A stretch of DNA of 64,000 bases from the human T2T-CHM13v2.0 reference genome, Homo sapiens. The translations under genes and the position numbers were made by a program. The stretch is taken from NCBI GenBank assembly GCA_009914755.4, contig CP068257.2:22720001-22784000 (forward strand), in the 5' to 3' direction. Of this stretch, positions 35,881-50,271 are shown piece by piece (the stretch's first letter is position 1; each line of letters opens with the position of its first letter). Below the pieces are notes generated by a model. That model did not search any database. It was not told where the DNA came from and saw only the letters and a list, made by a program, of their open reading frames with translations.

Positions 35881-38689
35881 TAAAAAATCTAAAATACTGT
35901 AATTCTAATAAAAATGTTGTAAGTCAATTGATTAGGAAAAGAGTATACTTGGATAGAGACTTAAAGGAGTTAGTATTTGATCCTCAAAATTAGTATCAAC
36001 TCTCAATTCCTGAGGCTTTACAATTTGTTAAGCCTTCTTCAAAGGGGCATAAATGTATTAACTCCATTAGACCTTACACTAACTCAATGGAGTATATAAT
36101 TTTGTTTTTCCATCGTACTGATGAGGAAAATAAAACACAAAGCAATTGTCCATAATTAGGTTTGACTTTTGGCCAAGTATTTGCTTAGAAAGCTATCTTT
36201 TAGAACATCAGGAAATCAATCTGTCAGAGCTAGAGAACACTTAAACTATGAGCACCCAAAATTACAGCTTTATAATTGTAAGAATTAAAATATGCTCTAT
36301 TTCTTCTAAAATATTTTTCCATAAATGTTTTAATATGCAAAAAGCTATTCTAAATGCTATAATTTTCATTTATCATGACCTCAAAACCTTGAATTTATAT
36401 TCCTAAACCCAGGTCTATGCAGAGCTTTTGATTTATACTATACTTTACAAAATATATTTTATTCTGACATCCTTGTAAAGCTATTTGATTGTGATGCAGT
36501 TTTTAAAATTATGATATAATTAGCTTTGTACATTTATACCTTCAGCACATGACTCAGGATTTTCTGCATATGGTAAGAAAAATTGTATTATATTGAATAG
36601 CAATAACTTCATGAATAAATATTCAAGTAAGTGAATTCCTTCATATAAATTAGAAATGGTAAAGCTTGATAAGATTACTTTCAGTTAATGCATATTCTTA
36701 TTCCTTCTGTAATTCTATGAATACCAATACCTGAGTAACTATCTTCAATGAAAATCAACCCAGAATATGAGTAACATGGGAAATGATCTGTTCCTAGTTA
36801 ATCACCCTTAAATAAGATACTTTTTACCGTTTGTAAATATGAGGGTAAATACATACATTTATAAGAAAATTCCTAGCTTAGACTATGTCACATTTTCAAG
36901 TTACATCTTTATATAACATTCTCATCTCTTGTAGAGTATGCTCACTAAACAAACTATGTCAAATGAGACAATGCATGCTGTGGAAACAAAAGTGACTTAA
37001 TCTTGGATACTAATCCTTCTTGTTCACTTCGGATTAACTCCAGTTTCACAAATGCCTCCAGATTTCTACTTGATGTGCTGTCCTTAGCATAAGAACATGT
37101 CAATCTTGATACAAATCATCAGCATACGGCATTCTTAGCTGTCCTGGAGGGTTGCCTTTAATTGTCGTGCACAGAGCATATACTGTTTGCAGTGGTATAT
37201 AAGCCCTGAGGCTGGGGAGTAACAGTTTGGGGATCTACCTGTCTTGCTGCCACCTGAGACCATGCTTCTATCAGTAAGTTAACCCAGTAAACAAACTGGA
37301 TTTCTCTGCCTCCTTCTTTGGTTTGTCACATCTTTCTGCATTTGGAGGTTGTTATGTAAAGATGACCCTTTCACAGAACACATGTGACAATATATAAAAG
37401 TATACATTACTTCATCAGTATCAAATATTATTCTGTTACTACTACTTTTATTAAGCTACAGCTTTCCTTCTTTTTACAGAGTGGCAGAGGCAATATATAA
37501 TTATATAACAAATTATAATAGAAGTTGTGCTATTCTTCAGTCTTTGAGGCAATGTTGTGTTCAAATCATGTTTTGCATAGAAGATATACTACATTTCAAA
37601 CTAGTGTGACATCATTTCATCAAGAGCATTTCATCTCTTCACTGAAATTTGAAATAAAGATTATGGATGCCACCAACATTTTTAATTATCTCCTATTTCT
37701 TACTTTAAAAAAACAACAAAAGAATAATCATATGAAGGAAGATGGGCCACAGCTCATTATTTTCAGTTTAAAAAGTGAGAAATGATGAAAATTAGAAATC
37801 TTTATAGAATTTAGAATAAAGAATACAAGAGTTTGATAGTTATTAGTTAACTGGGATAGTAAAGAAATATGAGTAACACTATGGCATTTATAACTTAGAT
37901 GAAATGAACTAATTATTTAAAAGACACAAGTTTCCAAAACTCACAAAAGAGGAAACAGATCATCTAAGTAGGCCTATTTTACAGCATTTGAATCAGTAAT
38001 TAACGATTTTACAAAGAGAAAGCACAAGGTGCTGAAGAGTTCACCAGTAAATTCTACCAAACATTAAAAACAATAAATACTACCAATTCTCCACAAACTC
38101 TTCCATAAAATAGAAGCAGAAAGAATACTTCCTAGTTATCCTAATGTCAAAATCAGATAAAAACATTACAGGAAAGAGAAACTATATATCATCATCTCTC
38201 GTGAATGTAGATACAATAATGTTCAACAGAAATATTTCAGTACAGTTCAACATTATAAAATCTATCAAAATAATTCATCCTATCAACAAGCTAAAAAGCA
38301 AAAATCATATATCATTTGATGTATGAAATAAAAGACACTTATCAAAATGCAATGCCCTGTCATGATAAAATTGTTCAAACTAGGACAAAGGGGGACTTTG
38401 TCAACTCTATAAAGAATATCTACAAACAACTTACTGCTAACATCATGCTGAATGGCAGGACACTTGACCTTGTAGGATTTGGAACAAGGAAGCGATGTTC
38501 TCTTACCACTTTTATTTGACATCCTATTGGAAGTCTTAGCTAATGCAACAAGACAAGAAAAAGATGCAAACGATAAGGGGGGAAGCAGTCTTTGTTTGCA
38601 GATGATATGATTATCTATGTAGAAAATTCCAAAGAATGAGGAATGACAGCAACAATGTCTGTAATGACTTAAGCTAGTATAATGATGCC

Positions 38690-39110
38690 ACAGGATACAT
38701 AGTGTTATGAATGGAAATGTGGCCTCCCAAAAGAAATCCTGAGGTACCTGTGTATGTAACTTTATTTGAAAAGAGGGTCTTTTCAGAAGTGGCAAACAAA
38801 AGGTGCAGTCATTAATGGTGGACCTTAATATGATATGACTGGTGTCCTTATAAGAAGGAGAAATTTGGACAGACACAAAAAGGGAGAACATCATATGACA
38901 ACAGAGGCAGAGATTGGAATAACGCAGCTGCAAGCCAAGGAAGGCCAAGCATTGAAAGCCAATATCTGCAGTTAAAAAAAAGCAAGGAAGAATTCTACAT
39001 AGAAGGAGCATGAACCTTGAATATTTACTTCCAGCCTCCAGACTGTGAGAGAACACATTTCTATTGTTTTAACCACTTAGCTGATAGTACTTTGTTATGG
39101 TGGCCTTGGG
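38690..39110 (-). mobile_element. MLT1-type (ERVL-MaLR) LTR fragment, minus orientation, nested in the L1M
   Basis: '...ggtggaccttaatatgatatgactggtgtccttataagaaggagaaatttggacagacacaaaaagggagaacatcatatgacaacagaggcagagattggaataacgcagctgcaagccaaggaaggccaagcattgaaagcc...tttacttccagcctccagactgtgagagaacacatttctattgttttaaccacttagctgatagtactttgttatggtggcc' is the reverse complement of the MLT1 LTR 5' half ('...ttctggaggctgg...'). Confidence 0.8.
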
Positions 39111-39150
39111 AAACTTACGCACATGGTTTCAATAAAAAAGTCAATTATTT

Positions 39151-39459
<309 letters not shown>

Positions 39460-40241
39460 TCAATTATTTTTTGCTATAACAGGGATAAATACATCAAACA
39501 AAATATGTGCAGGACTTATATTAAAAGACCCACAAAACTCTGATGAAAGAAATCAAAGAGAAACTAAACAAAGAGCGATAGCCCAAGTTATGAATTTGCT
39601 AAGATGCCAATATTCCCAACTGGCTATTTAGATTCAATGTAATCCTTATAAAAATTTCATTGAACTGTTTTGTAGATATCCACAAACTGGTTAGAAAGTT
39701 TATATGTAAAGGCAGAAGGTCTAGAAGAGCCAACACAATACTGCAGAACAACAAAGGAAGGGGATTGACACTCTTGATTCAAGATTTACTCTAAAGCTAC
39801 AACAATAAAGACAGCGTAATATTGGAAGAAGGATGCACATGGAAATTAACTGACCAGATTAGGGAGGCCAAAAATTGACCTACACAAATATAGTAAACTG
39901 ATCTTTGATAGGAGCAGAGGCAATTGAATAGAGAAAGGATAGTCTTCTCACCAATTGGTGCTGGAACATTTGGCTGTCCATATGTAAAAGAAAAATCAAC
40001 CTAGGCATATACATTACACATTTCAGGTGAATTAACTCAAACTAGATCAGAGACATAAATGTAAGCATACAAAACTAAAAATCTCCTAGAAGCATCAGAA
40101 GAACAAATCTAGCTGACCTTGTATTTGTCAATGTATTTTTAGATACAATACCAAAAGCGTGGTCCAAGAAAAACAGATAATTTGATCTTTACTAAAACTA
40201 ATACTTCTGTGAAAAACCCTGTGACAAGAATGAAATAACAA

Positions 40242-40380
40242 GCCAGGTGTGACAGTACGTGCCTGTTGACTCAGCTACTTTGGAGGCTGAGGCAGGAGGA
40301 TCATTTGAGCCCAGGAATTTGAGACCAGCCTGGGCAATATGGGGAGACTTCACCTCTAAGAGAGAGACAGAAAAAAAAGA
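40242..40380 (+). mobile_element. Free Alu monomer (FLAM/FRAM-like) nested in the L1M
   Basis: 'gccaggtgtgacagtacgtgcctgttgactcagctactttggaggctgaggcaggaggatcatttgagcccaggaatttgagaccagcctgggcaatatggggagacttcacctctaagagagagacagaaaaaaaag' is a single Alu arm with an A-rich tail. Confidence 0.75.
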
Positions 40381-42189
40381 AATGACAAGACAGAGTTCAG
40401 ATAAAATATTTGCAGAAGAACATATCTGATAAGTAACTTTGTATCCAAAACACTCAAGGAATCCTTATGACCCAACAGTAAAAAAACTAACAGCCCAATT
40501 TAAAAAAGTGGGCAAAAGTGGGGAGGCTGTGCATGTGTGGGGACAGGGGCTATATGAGAGCTCTCTGTATTTTCCACTCAATTTTTTTTTGTAAATCTAA
40601 AATTGCTCTGTTAATTAAAAATGGGCAAAATATCTAAACAAACGCCTCATCGAAGAAAATATAGTTGGCAAATAAGCATATGAAGATATTTTCAACATCA
40701 TTTGTCATTAGGGAGTCACAAATTATAACAACAATGTGATATCACTATACACATTTTAGGTTGGCTAAACAAAAACAAAAACAAAGCTGGCAATACCAGC
40801 TGCAAATGAGAAAAACCAGAATCCTTCCTCATTGCTGGTGGGGATACAAAAGAGTACCACGTTGGAAGACAATCTGGCAGTTTCTTACTAAAGTAAACAT
40901 GGTTTTACCATATGATCCAGTATTGTGCTACTCCATATTTACTAGCTAATTTGAAAAATGTCTAAAAACCTGCACTTGAATATTTATAGCAGATTTATTT
41001 ATAAGCACCAAAAATGATTGGAAGCAACCAAGATTTTCTTCAATAAGTGAAAGTATAAACAAAGCATGGTACCCCAATGCAATGAGTATTATTCAGAGAT
41101 AAAAAGAAATAAAGTATCAAGCGCAAAATAATATGAAAGCATCTTAAATTCATGGAGCAAAATGAAAAAAGCCAGTCTGAAAAGGCTATGTACTGTGTGG
41201 TTATAATTATACCTCATTCTAGAAAAAGCAAACTATAGAGACACAAAAAGATGAGTGGCTGTCAAAGGTATGGGGGAGATAGAGGATTAAATATGTGAAA
41301 TGAAATATTTTAGGATAGTGATTCTATTATGTATCACACTTTAATTGTGGATATGTGAGACTATTCCTATGTCAAAACACATTGAGATTTACAGCACACA
41401 ATGAACTTTAATGCATGAAAATTATAAACATTTTTACAAGTTTGGAGAAATCACAAGATTGAATGTAAAATAATATATATAATCTAACTGTATTGCAAAT
41501 ATGTAAAACAACCTCAGTAAAGGAGGTAGGAGAAAAAGGTGTTGACCTCAAAATAACTTTGGAAATGAGTGGAGGTCCATAAAACTAATGGCAAGAAATT
41601 GTACATAACCACTGAAGCTTCGTTGTTAAAATTTTATTCCACGGTGATACAAGTTAAAAATTCTGATAGTACTATTCATGTATACTGGAATTGAACAACT
41701 AAGTAGAAGGATGAGAAATGTTGGGAGCCAGATTTCTCCCTGTTGGAATGGGAATTTATAGATAAATGAGGGAAGGAGGGGAGAATGATCCATAGAGTAA
41801 TGGATTAGAATTAGAAACATCAGTCTGAACAGATGTTTACTTAATATGGACATGGATGGTTACACATATAAATATTTAAAGAGATGTATAAATCCATTGG
41901 TTAGTATATACATGCATATATTTTCTTGTTCTAACAGCTAAGAGAGAAGAGAAGCAGGATATCCCAGTAGCAATAAATATATGGATACCTAACCTGTTCT
42001 TGATTTCTAATATTCTTTAATAAAAGGAACCAAGGAACCAGGTGTCTTTGGAGAAATGACTGACTTTAACACTTGGGCAGGAAAGTTTCAAGATGAACCT
42101 GGAGCATTTTGCAGTGTCAGAAATTAAGGAAATGCTGTAAAAACAAACACACAAACAAAAAAACTCCTTCACACAACTATGGAGTATGC

Positions 42190-42235
42190 TAAAAAACACA
42201 ACACAACACAACAAAACAAAACAAAACAAAAAACA
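42190..42235. repeat. (CAAAA)n / (CAACA)n low-complexity tract
   Basis: 'aaaaaacacaacacaacacaacaaaacaaaacaaaacaaaaaacac'. Confidence 0.9.
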
Positions 42236-44051
42236 CAGGAGCCAACTGAAAGAGCTCCCAGTGGCCAAACCTGGAAAGATTCGAGTGACAATAAATAAAG
42301 CAATATTGGATTCTAATCTAAAAAATAAAATACATATCCATGAATTCATGCTATAATCAATTAAGGATTGAATAAATAAATACATAGATTCAGGGGAGAA
42401 AATTTTCCATGCAGAAAATTTCCAAATTATTTATGTAGATACCTTGTCCTCAAAGAGGTGAAGCATGACTCCTCACCCCTTAAGTGTGGGCTGTGCATAG
42501 TGACTTTCTTCCAAAAAATATGATATGAAAAGTTGGAGAAAATATAACTTTACAGTGAATAAAGCTGATGAACATTACTGCAGGCAGGTGATAAAAATCA
42601 TCTTCAACTATGATAAGTGATGTGGATACAATATATCCTTGGTAGGATGTTAGTAAAATAGTACTTTACTTTTGTGGTTTTTCTCCCAAATGTCCAGAAC
42701 CCTGGTCTCATCCTGAGAAAAACTTCGTACAAATGCTAATGTATGAATTAGAATGTGGGACATTCTAATTATCTGACCAGCACTCTTCAAAACTGTCATG
42801 GTTATCAGAAACAGCCAAAGTCTGAGAAAACACTGCAGAAAACGGAGCCTAAAAAGGCATGACAACTTAATGCAATGTGGTATCCTGAAAAAGAAAAGGA
42901 GATTAGGTAAAAACTAAGAAAATCCAAATTAAGGATGTCCTTTATTCAATAATAATTTATCAAAATTGGGTCCTTAATTGTAACAAGTGTACTGTATTAA
43001 GGTAGGATATTAATAAAAGGGAACACTAAACGTGTATATAAGAACCCTCTGTATTATATTAGAAATACCCTGTAAATCAAAAACTGTTAAAATGTATTAA
43101 AATTATTTTCAGAGGTTAAAATGTCTTTTATTTATGTGGATATTAGGAGAAATTTCTGTATTGTAGGTTTATTGGATGATAAGGTACTTAATAAGTAGCA
43201 GTATCCAGCCTGCTTTCTCTTCTTTTGTAGTAGAAATAACCATGAAAAGAAGCAAATCTCTGACAGAAATCTAAAGTTTCAAGCAAAGTGTAACATTAGA
43301 GAAGTATAACTAAAAATATTCAATGAAGAATATAGAGCAGAAGGGAGAGATCTTAAAAGAGCAAGCAAATAGAAAACAAGTTATAAAATGGCTTACAAAA
43401 ACCATATCATATCAATAGTCACCTTAAGCATTGATGGACCAAGCACTAACAAACAGGTTGTCATCTAATTTTACCAATTTCTGGGTAGTATATAGCAGAT
43501 AAATGTAAGTGTAATGGATACTGTCTTTAATTTTTACTGTGGCTTATTTATAAACACTTATTCAGAGACAAAAAACAAGCTTGACTTTGTAAATGTACAG
43601 CATATACAAGCATACTCATGCATAAACTAGCTAAAATGTATTTGATTGGTTTTTAAAACATATGTAATATAATTGCACATCAAGGTTACAAATCTCTGTT
43701 AGAAATTTTTGCAAAATCTCACCATTATTATTTAAGGTTGTTATTTAAGAATAAATGTAATGTATGGATATATTTGATAATCATTTTTAATATACAACAT
43801 TTCAACCACATATATAAGCCTAGTTCAACAAATATTGTATGCAAATAGTTTAAAGTCTAACTACCTTCTAGTATATTTACTTAATTCATTTTCATTAATT
43901 CAGACCCAGAGATTGTGAATAATATATAAAATTTCAATTGAACATATACATATATTCTCCATTTGCAGATTAACCTAAAAATAGATATAATGTTTAGTTT
44001 TTGAAATCTAATGATTTATGGAAAATGCACTGGAAATTTGCTTGCAACATA

Positions 44052-44093
44052 CGTGTTTGTGTGTGTGAGTGTGTGTGTGTATGTGTGTGTGCA
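44052..44093. repeat. Imperfect (TG)n microsatellite
   Basis: 'gtgtttgtgtgtgtgagtgtgtgtgtgtatgtgtgtgtgcata'. Confidence 0.9.
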
Positions 44094-46139
44094 TACTTGG
44101 GTTATGGATTTGGCTCAAGATATTTTAATTGGTTGAGGTCATTCATGCGATGTTTAAAAAAAGTTTTTTTTTTTAATTTTTTCAAATTAAAAGTGGCAGA
44201 GCCAGTCAGCCTTGAAATGATTGACAATATCCACTATGAACTGTAATCAAGTACATTTGAGAAAAGCTCTTCTTTAATTTTCTTTAATGAAGCCACAAAT
44301 TGAAGCTATTATATGCAAAGTAATTAGTAGCAATGTTTAAAATATTAATTTTTAGACTATGGGTTGTACATTTAATATATCCTTAGTATTTAACTTCTGA
44401 TATTTGATCTATGTCTAATTTTGAAATTTATTTTAGAATAAAATAGGTAGATTAAAATTAATAAAAATACTATATTTTTCATATTACAATGTTTTTGCTT
44501 GGTATAAGAAAATCTGTTCATTAATGAGATTTTGACATTATATGAAAAATATATCATCATTTTTATTAGCTTAATAGGAGAAAAATTGACTTTATTTTTC
44601 TCAATTTCATATTTTTAAATTGTGGACAAATAAAGGCAATGGTAGAGCCTAAGTGTGAATCTATTTTATACTGCAGATATCAGATTATTTTATTACTTTG
44701 GGTTGTTAAATTTTGATAAGCAATTATGTTTAGCTCTTCAAATGTAATTAAGCATTGGTATATTTCAACCCATGGATTTCATCAGTGACCTCTTCATCCA
44801 GAAGTTGCCTGATAGGATTTGCTGAAATATTGTGGCAACTACATTGAGAAACAAACAACAAAATCTGCTAATTATGAAAAAAAAGCAGCAACAAATTCAG
44901 CTCTGAGGCCCTCAGATGTCATATTGTAGCTGGATTAAGACACCTAGCAATTTAAGAAATGTGAATTGAAAAGACATGAGTCAGCCAGAGTATTTCAGAA
45001 TTTTTTTAGTTAGTTTTGAATGAATATTCTTGCCTGTAAACATAAACATTTAGAATAAAGGTATTGCAATTTATATTTATTTATGAAAATACTCATATTT
45101 AGGAGGACAGTATATTAATACTATCAACAGAGTTAAACATTGCAATGCCCAGGTTTCAGGCTGAAATATTATTGCTTTGCCTTTTGATGATACCTAAGGG
45201 CTCATATCTGAAATGATATGTTAAAAGGCCCGTGAGACCTAACAGTGAACTTAGCATACAAATTGGAATTTTTATTTATTTAATTTTAAGTGATTCAAAT
45301 GAATTTTTATTGCAACAAGACAGTTATTATTTTCTAGAAATAATTTTCTAGAAATTTTTGAATGCTAAATGTTTGCTAAAAATACTCAAATTTTCTTTAA
45401 TTTTTTGTGAAAATTATGGATATTTTTTAGAGGTTTTCCCCTAATGATAATGCTGCCTCATTAAATTTTTTATTTTATGATTATCCAGATACCATAGTTT
45501 CAGATCTCTCATATGGCTATTCTACCCATATAGTACAATGAGTTTAACCCTCTTCCGCTAACATACTCATAAAGGCAAAGATCAGTAAATGTTCAACCCT
45601 GAGGTACCTGACAGGGGAGGGAACATCACTGAAGCTCTTTTAGAATAGAGAAGTTTGAATCCCTCAAATCTTAGGATTCAGGTGAAAAATGTCCCATGCT
45701 ATCATATTCCACTGTTTTAGCATACGGTTAGCATTTCTTCAATTTTTTTCTAAAATTGACACTTAAATAAGAGGCTCCAATTTTATTTTGTGGCTTCTGA
45801 TACCTCTAAATGTAAACCCCTATGTCATATAAAGCCCACTTTTAGATGCAAAACCTGGAAGATATAGATTATTACCTTCCTACAAATACCATGAGTAAAA
45901 ATATTAAACTCCATTGGAAAGCAGAAATGGAAAGAAAATGGTTCTCAAATTTCTGCCCCCGGAATACACATCATATGTAATTCTTCCCCCTTAAGTGTGA
46001 GCAGAAACCCTGAGTATGATGAGATGTCATTCCTGTTTATGGTGAACTGTATGGCAAAAATATTTTACAGATGTAGTTAAGGTTTCTAATCAAAAGAGAG
46101 GTTACTTGTTATCAGACAAGCCCTTTGAAATAGGGTCTA

Positions 46140-46448
46140 GGCTGGGCTCAGTGGCTCATGCCTGTAATCTCAGCATTTTGCAGGCTGAGGCAGGAGGACT
46201 GCTTGACCTCAGGAGTTCAACGTCAGCATGGGCAACGTGGTGAAACCCAGTCTCTATAAAAAAAAAAACAAAAATTAGGCAGAAGTAGTGGCGCATGCCC
46301 ATAGTCCCAGCTTCCTGGGGAGCTGAAGTGGAAGGGTCAGTTGAGCCTGGGAGTTTGAAACTTCCTGGAGCTGTGTTCACACCACTTCACTCCTGCCTGG
46401 GTGACAAAGTGAGACCCTATCTCAAAAAGTAAATAAATAAATGAAATT
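46140..46448 (+). mobile_element. Alu SINE (old, AluJ-like) with a degenerate A/T-rich tail
   Basis: 'ggctgggctcagtggctcatgcctgtaatctcagcattttgcaggctgaggcaggaggactgcttgacctcaggagttcaacgtcagcatgggcaacgtggtgaaacccagtctctataaaaaaaaaacaaaaattaggcagaagtagtggcgcatgcccatagtcccagc...cactcctgcctgggtgacaaagtgagaccctatctcaaaaagtaaataaataaatg'. Confidence 0.92.
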
Positions 46449-47339
46449 AAATAAAATACAATAAGCACTCAATGTAAAAGACCGGAAGCAACAGACTTCT
46501 TTCCCCATCCTTCTGTCTCTTACTCTTAATATCACTCCCTCACTTTCTGCTAGCTTTGAAGAGACACAGCACAATGCATTCTATAACTGAAAGGAAATAC
46601 ATTTTGCCAACAACCACGAGGTAGAATGAGAACCATAAGCTTCAGATGACAGGACAGTTACCACTGACACTTTAATTGCAGCCCTGTGAGACCCTGAACA
46701 GAAGCCATAGCAAGTACTTTTAATATAAAAGCAAGCTCTTTTTATGTTAATATATTCCTGCCCTAAACAAATTTGTTATTTTACTGTATTACTGTTTTTC
46801 ATTTCAATCTGCAAAACAGACATATAGGTCCTAGTTCTTAATTGTGCTTAAAATTAAATAATTCCAAATAATAATGTCTTTAGTTGAATTTGAAAAAATA
46901 GGCAAGAAAGTTAGAAATAAATTAAATAATTTAGATCACCATTGAAGAACATACCTATTTCAGGAACTTTTTTGACTTCTAACACCTAATGTGTAATTAT
47001 AAACAATTTTTTTCTCTTTTCTTTGTAATCTAAAATACATAGTTTAAATAAAGTTGTATTGCCAAATTGTTATGGAAATCACAAATAACATGCTGTATAA
47101 GGAGGGTACAAATAATGTAATTAAAAATAGTTTTATTTTGTCTCCTACAGTCCCTTTAATATTCAACGTGGTATTATCTTTTCCCCTTGCCATTAAATAA
47201 AAATTTCAGGTGGCTCAAGGGTTATTCCTAGGAAAGATAAAATTTCATGTTCACTCTAAACTGGAAAAACACCATCTGGGTTACGAAATTAGAATGCTTA
47301 TCCAAATATCTTTATTCAGAACTTCAATCATGATTTTTA

Positions 47340-48500
47340 AAAAATGATACTCATTCCTGCCTTCTCCCCGCACCAGCAAGGGCTTGGCAGCAGAGCCTTG
47401 TCTAGTTCAGGGAAGGAGGTTTTGTCCCTCTTCCCACATTCTTCCTCACCATATCCTTCTCCCAAAGCTACTATAATAGAACTTACAAAATTTAAGGATA
47501 GGGAAGGTAGCAGAAAGGTCAGCTTCTCTTTAATCCCTGCTGTAATGAAGTGAGGTTGCTCCCTGGTGAGTATTTTCATGGCTGCTTCCAGCCTGGCCTT
47601 TCCATGTGTGACTCCTTTGATGGGCAGTACTTGGCTTCAGGTGGCAGTTTCTGTCCCTGTTTCAATTTTTAATTATTTTCAGGCATTCTAACCCGTGTAA
47701 ACTCTCACTGTTTTGGTGGTGCAGTATTTATCAAGCAAATCTTTTAAAGTATCCATTTTAAATTATCCCAGTCTAACATTGCTCCCTGGAGTCCAAGTCT
47801 GGTCCCAGGGTTTCATGGGTCTTCTACAGGTCACAGAGGGGTTTGCAGTCATGTTCAAAGCAGCACCGACTCTCACTCAGAGTCTCTCTCTTTCAGCCTA
47901 TCCTTCCCTCTCATCTTTTCCATCTTACAAATAACCACAGACTACTCTATGTTAGCTCAGTTATTCAATAAACACTCCCAATTTAACACCTTGTCACACT
48001 GCCAGCTAGGTCGGGGAGACCCTAACCCAGCAGCGCTAGAGAAATTAAAGACACACACACACAAATATAGAGGGGTGAAGTGGGAAATCAGGGGTCTCAC
48101 AGACTTCCGAGCTGAGAGCCCTGAACAGAGATTTACCCACATATTTATTAACAGCAAACCAGTCATTAGCATTGTTTCTATAGATATTAAATTAACTAAA
48201 AGTATCGCTTATGGGAAACGAAGGGATGGGCCAAATAAAAGGAATAGGTTGGGCTAATTAACTGCAGCAGGAATATGCTCTTAAGGCATAAATCGCTCAT
48301 GCTATTGCTTGTGGCTTAAGAATGCCTTTAGGTGGTTTTCCGCCCTGGGTGGGCCAGGTGTTCCTTGCCCTCATTCCCGTAAACCCACAACCTTCCAGCA
48401 TGGGCATTAGGGCCATCATGAACATGTTGCAGTGCTGCAGAGATTTTGTTTATGGCCAGTCTTGGGGCCAGTTTATGGCCAAATTTTGGGGGACTTGCTC
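47340..48500. mobile_element. Unclassified LTR-like interspersed repeat (possibly an ERVK-type/MER11-like LTR). Family and orientation not resolved.
   Basis: I recognise segments as recurrent human repeat sequence: '...ggggtgaagtgggaaatcaggggtctcacagacttccgagctgagagccctgaacagagatttacccacatatttattaacagcaaaccagtcattagcattgtttctatagatattaaattaactaaaagtatcgcttatgggaaacgaagggatgggccaaataaaaggaataggttgggctaattaactgcagcagg...ggccagtttatggccaaattttgggggacttgctcccaacatca'. There is an AATAAA at ~47962 ('ttattcaataaacactcc'). I cannot reproduce a consensus reliably from memory. Confidence 0.35.
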
Positions 48501-49817
48501 CCAACATCACACATTTCAATTCTTATCTTTTCTATCCAAGAAAAGGGAATACAAGAGAGTTTGATGTCATTTGCAATTGTTTGTAGCAGAAAAAAATGTT
48601 TTTGCTCATACTTACAATCACCAGATGTGACTGAAGGAAATAGATGAATAAAATATAGTGTTACTTGCTGTATTACAGACTTAGGGATGAATATTTCTTA
48701 TATATTTATATTATTCATGTTATGTACAATGTTTATGCATTATACTTAATTCAGAAATCAACCAAACACAATGTTTATTTTTAAAAATGCAAGCACGTTT
48801 AAAGTGAAGGAGGTTTCTCAGTATACCTTTCAAGGCTTCTGTTATTGTTGCTTCAATTTTTTGCTGGGTTATCACTTCAATCTCACAAATGCTTTCCATG
48901 TAAGACTGGGATGTGAACCTGGGTCACAGGAGACACCATTCCAAGTCTCAGTTTCCTTTGAAGATTGTTCATCCTAATATGAAGTCAGAGAAACATGCAC
49001 TGGTGTTATACTCCCTGCCCCTTTGTCCTGTCACTGAAGTTATAATGCTTATAGGCTTCAGAGAGAAGTCTTCTTTCAACTTGTAGTTTCATTTTCTTAA
49101 CATGGTAAATATGCCTAGCTAACTACATTTGTTAAGGCTGGTATTTAAAAATGTCATCAGACCTTCAAAGTGTAAAGGATCTTCCACAGTGAACAGAAAT
49201 AGACAAAAAAGAGATTTGTTTCTGACCAATTTCTATGGTTAGTTATCTCACAAAATACAGGATTCCTTCAAGGCAGTGCTTACCTCTTTAAAAGTTATCT
49301 GTGGTAAGAGTGGCAAGAGTGGTAAGAGTGAAAGACCAGAATTCTAAGTTTCTTATACATATTTTTAATATTTGGCAAGCACACATCCTTAAAGATTTTC
49401 TCAATTATAAAAATGAAGTTTGGGCATTAACTTAGCCTTGTAAATATGTATCCAAGACTGAAAAATATCTTGAAATGTGTAACTGCTCATAAAACTTTGA
49501 AATTTATAATTGGTCATAAAAATAAACAAACATAAACTCTTGGATAAGGGAGTGAAAACTCATAATTTAATGGAGTTGGTTAGCTGAATGATCCGTATGT
49601 GAACAGCTTACAATATTACTTAGAACAATTGTACAAATGGAAACATAAGCAATGGTTTTTTTATAATTTCCTACTCAAATTTTTCTTCTTAACAAATAAA
49701 ATGGTTTAGTTGAAAGTCTATCAAGATTTCAACATTAATTTAAATGACCCCTCCTTTCAGATTTAAAGTGTTTTTTAAATCTTTGCCCTCACTAGATGTC
49801 AGCTTTTATTTATAACA

Positions 49818-49869
49818 CTGTATCATATACATATGTATATGTACACATATCATATATGTATGCATATAG
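49818..49869. repeat. (TATATG/CATATA)n-like simple repeat immediately 5' of the LTR at 49870
   Basis: 'tatcatatacatatgtatatgtacacatatcatatatgtatgcatataggtacagtgtatatg'. Confidence 0.85.
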
Positions 49870-50243
49870 GTACAGTGTATATGTAATGATAAATCTCACT
49901 TTGAATTGTAGTAATCCCCATGTGTCAAGAGTGGGACCAAGTGGTGATAATTGAATCATGGGGGTGGTTTCCTCCATGCTGTTCTTGTGATATTGAGTTC
50001 TCACAAGATCTGACGGTTTTGTAAGGGGCTTCTTCCTTTGCTCTTCAAACACACTCTCTTGCCTGCTGCCATGTAAGACGTGCCTGCTTTCCCTTCTGCC
50101 GTGATCGTAAGTTTCTTGAGGCCTCCCCAGCCCTGCAGAACTGTGAGTCAATTAAGTTTCCCTTTAAGTTACCCAGTCTTTCCCTTATAAATTACCCAGT
50201 CTCAGGCATGTCTTTATTAGTACTGTGAGAACGGACTAATATA
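49870..50243 (+). mobile_element. THE1/MST-type (ERVL-MaLR) solo LTR; first ~25 bp degenerate
   Basis: 'aaatctcactttgaattgtagtaatccccatgtgtcaagagtgggaccaagtggtgataattgaatcatgggggtggtttcctccatgctgttcttgtgatattgagttctcacaagatctgacggttttgtaaggggcttcttcc...ctgccatgtaagacgtgcctgctttcccttctgccgtgatcgtaagtttcttgaggcctccccagccctgcagaactgtgagtcaattaag...ttataaattacccagtctcaggcatgtctttattagtactgtgagaacggactaatat' is colinear with the THE1 LTR consensus ('aaatctcatcttgaattgtagctcccataattcccacgtgttgtgggagggacccagtgggaggtaattgaatcatggggg...agcagtgtgagaacagactaataca'). Confidence 0.88.
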
Positions 50244-50271
50244 TGTACATACAGATACATATGTATATATA

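Noticed and set aside
38283-39056. Longest ORF in the track (257 aa, minus strand)
   Set aside because: It is antisense to the L1 ORF2 RT coding region and runs through the MLT1 LTR. The translation is low-complexity (C/F/L/S-rich) with no domain I recognise. It is a chance ORF in AT-rich repeat sequence.
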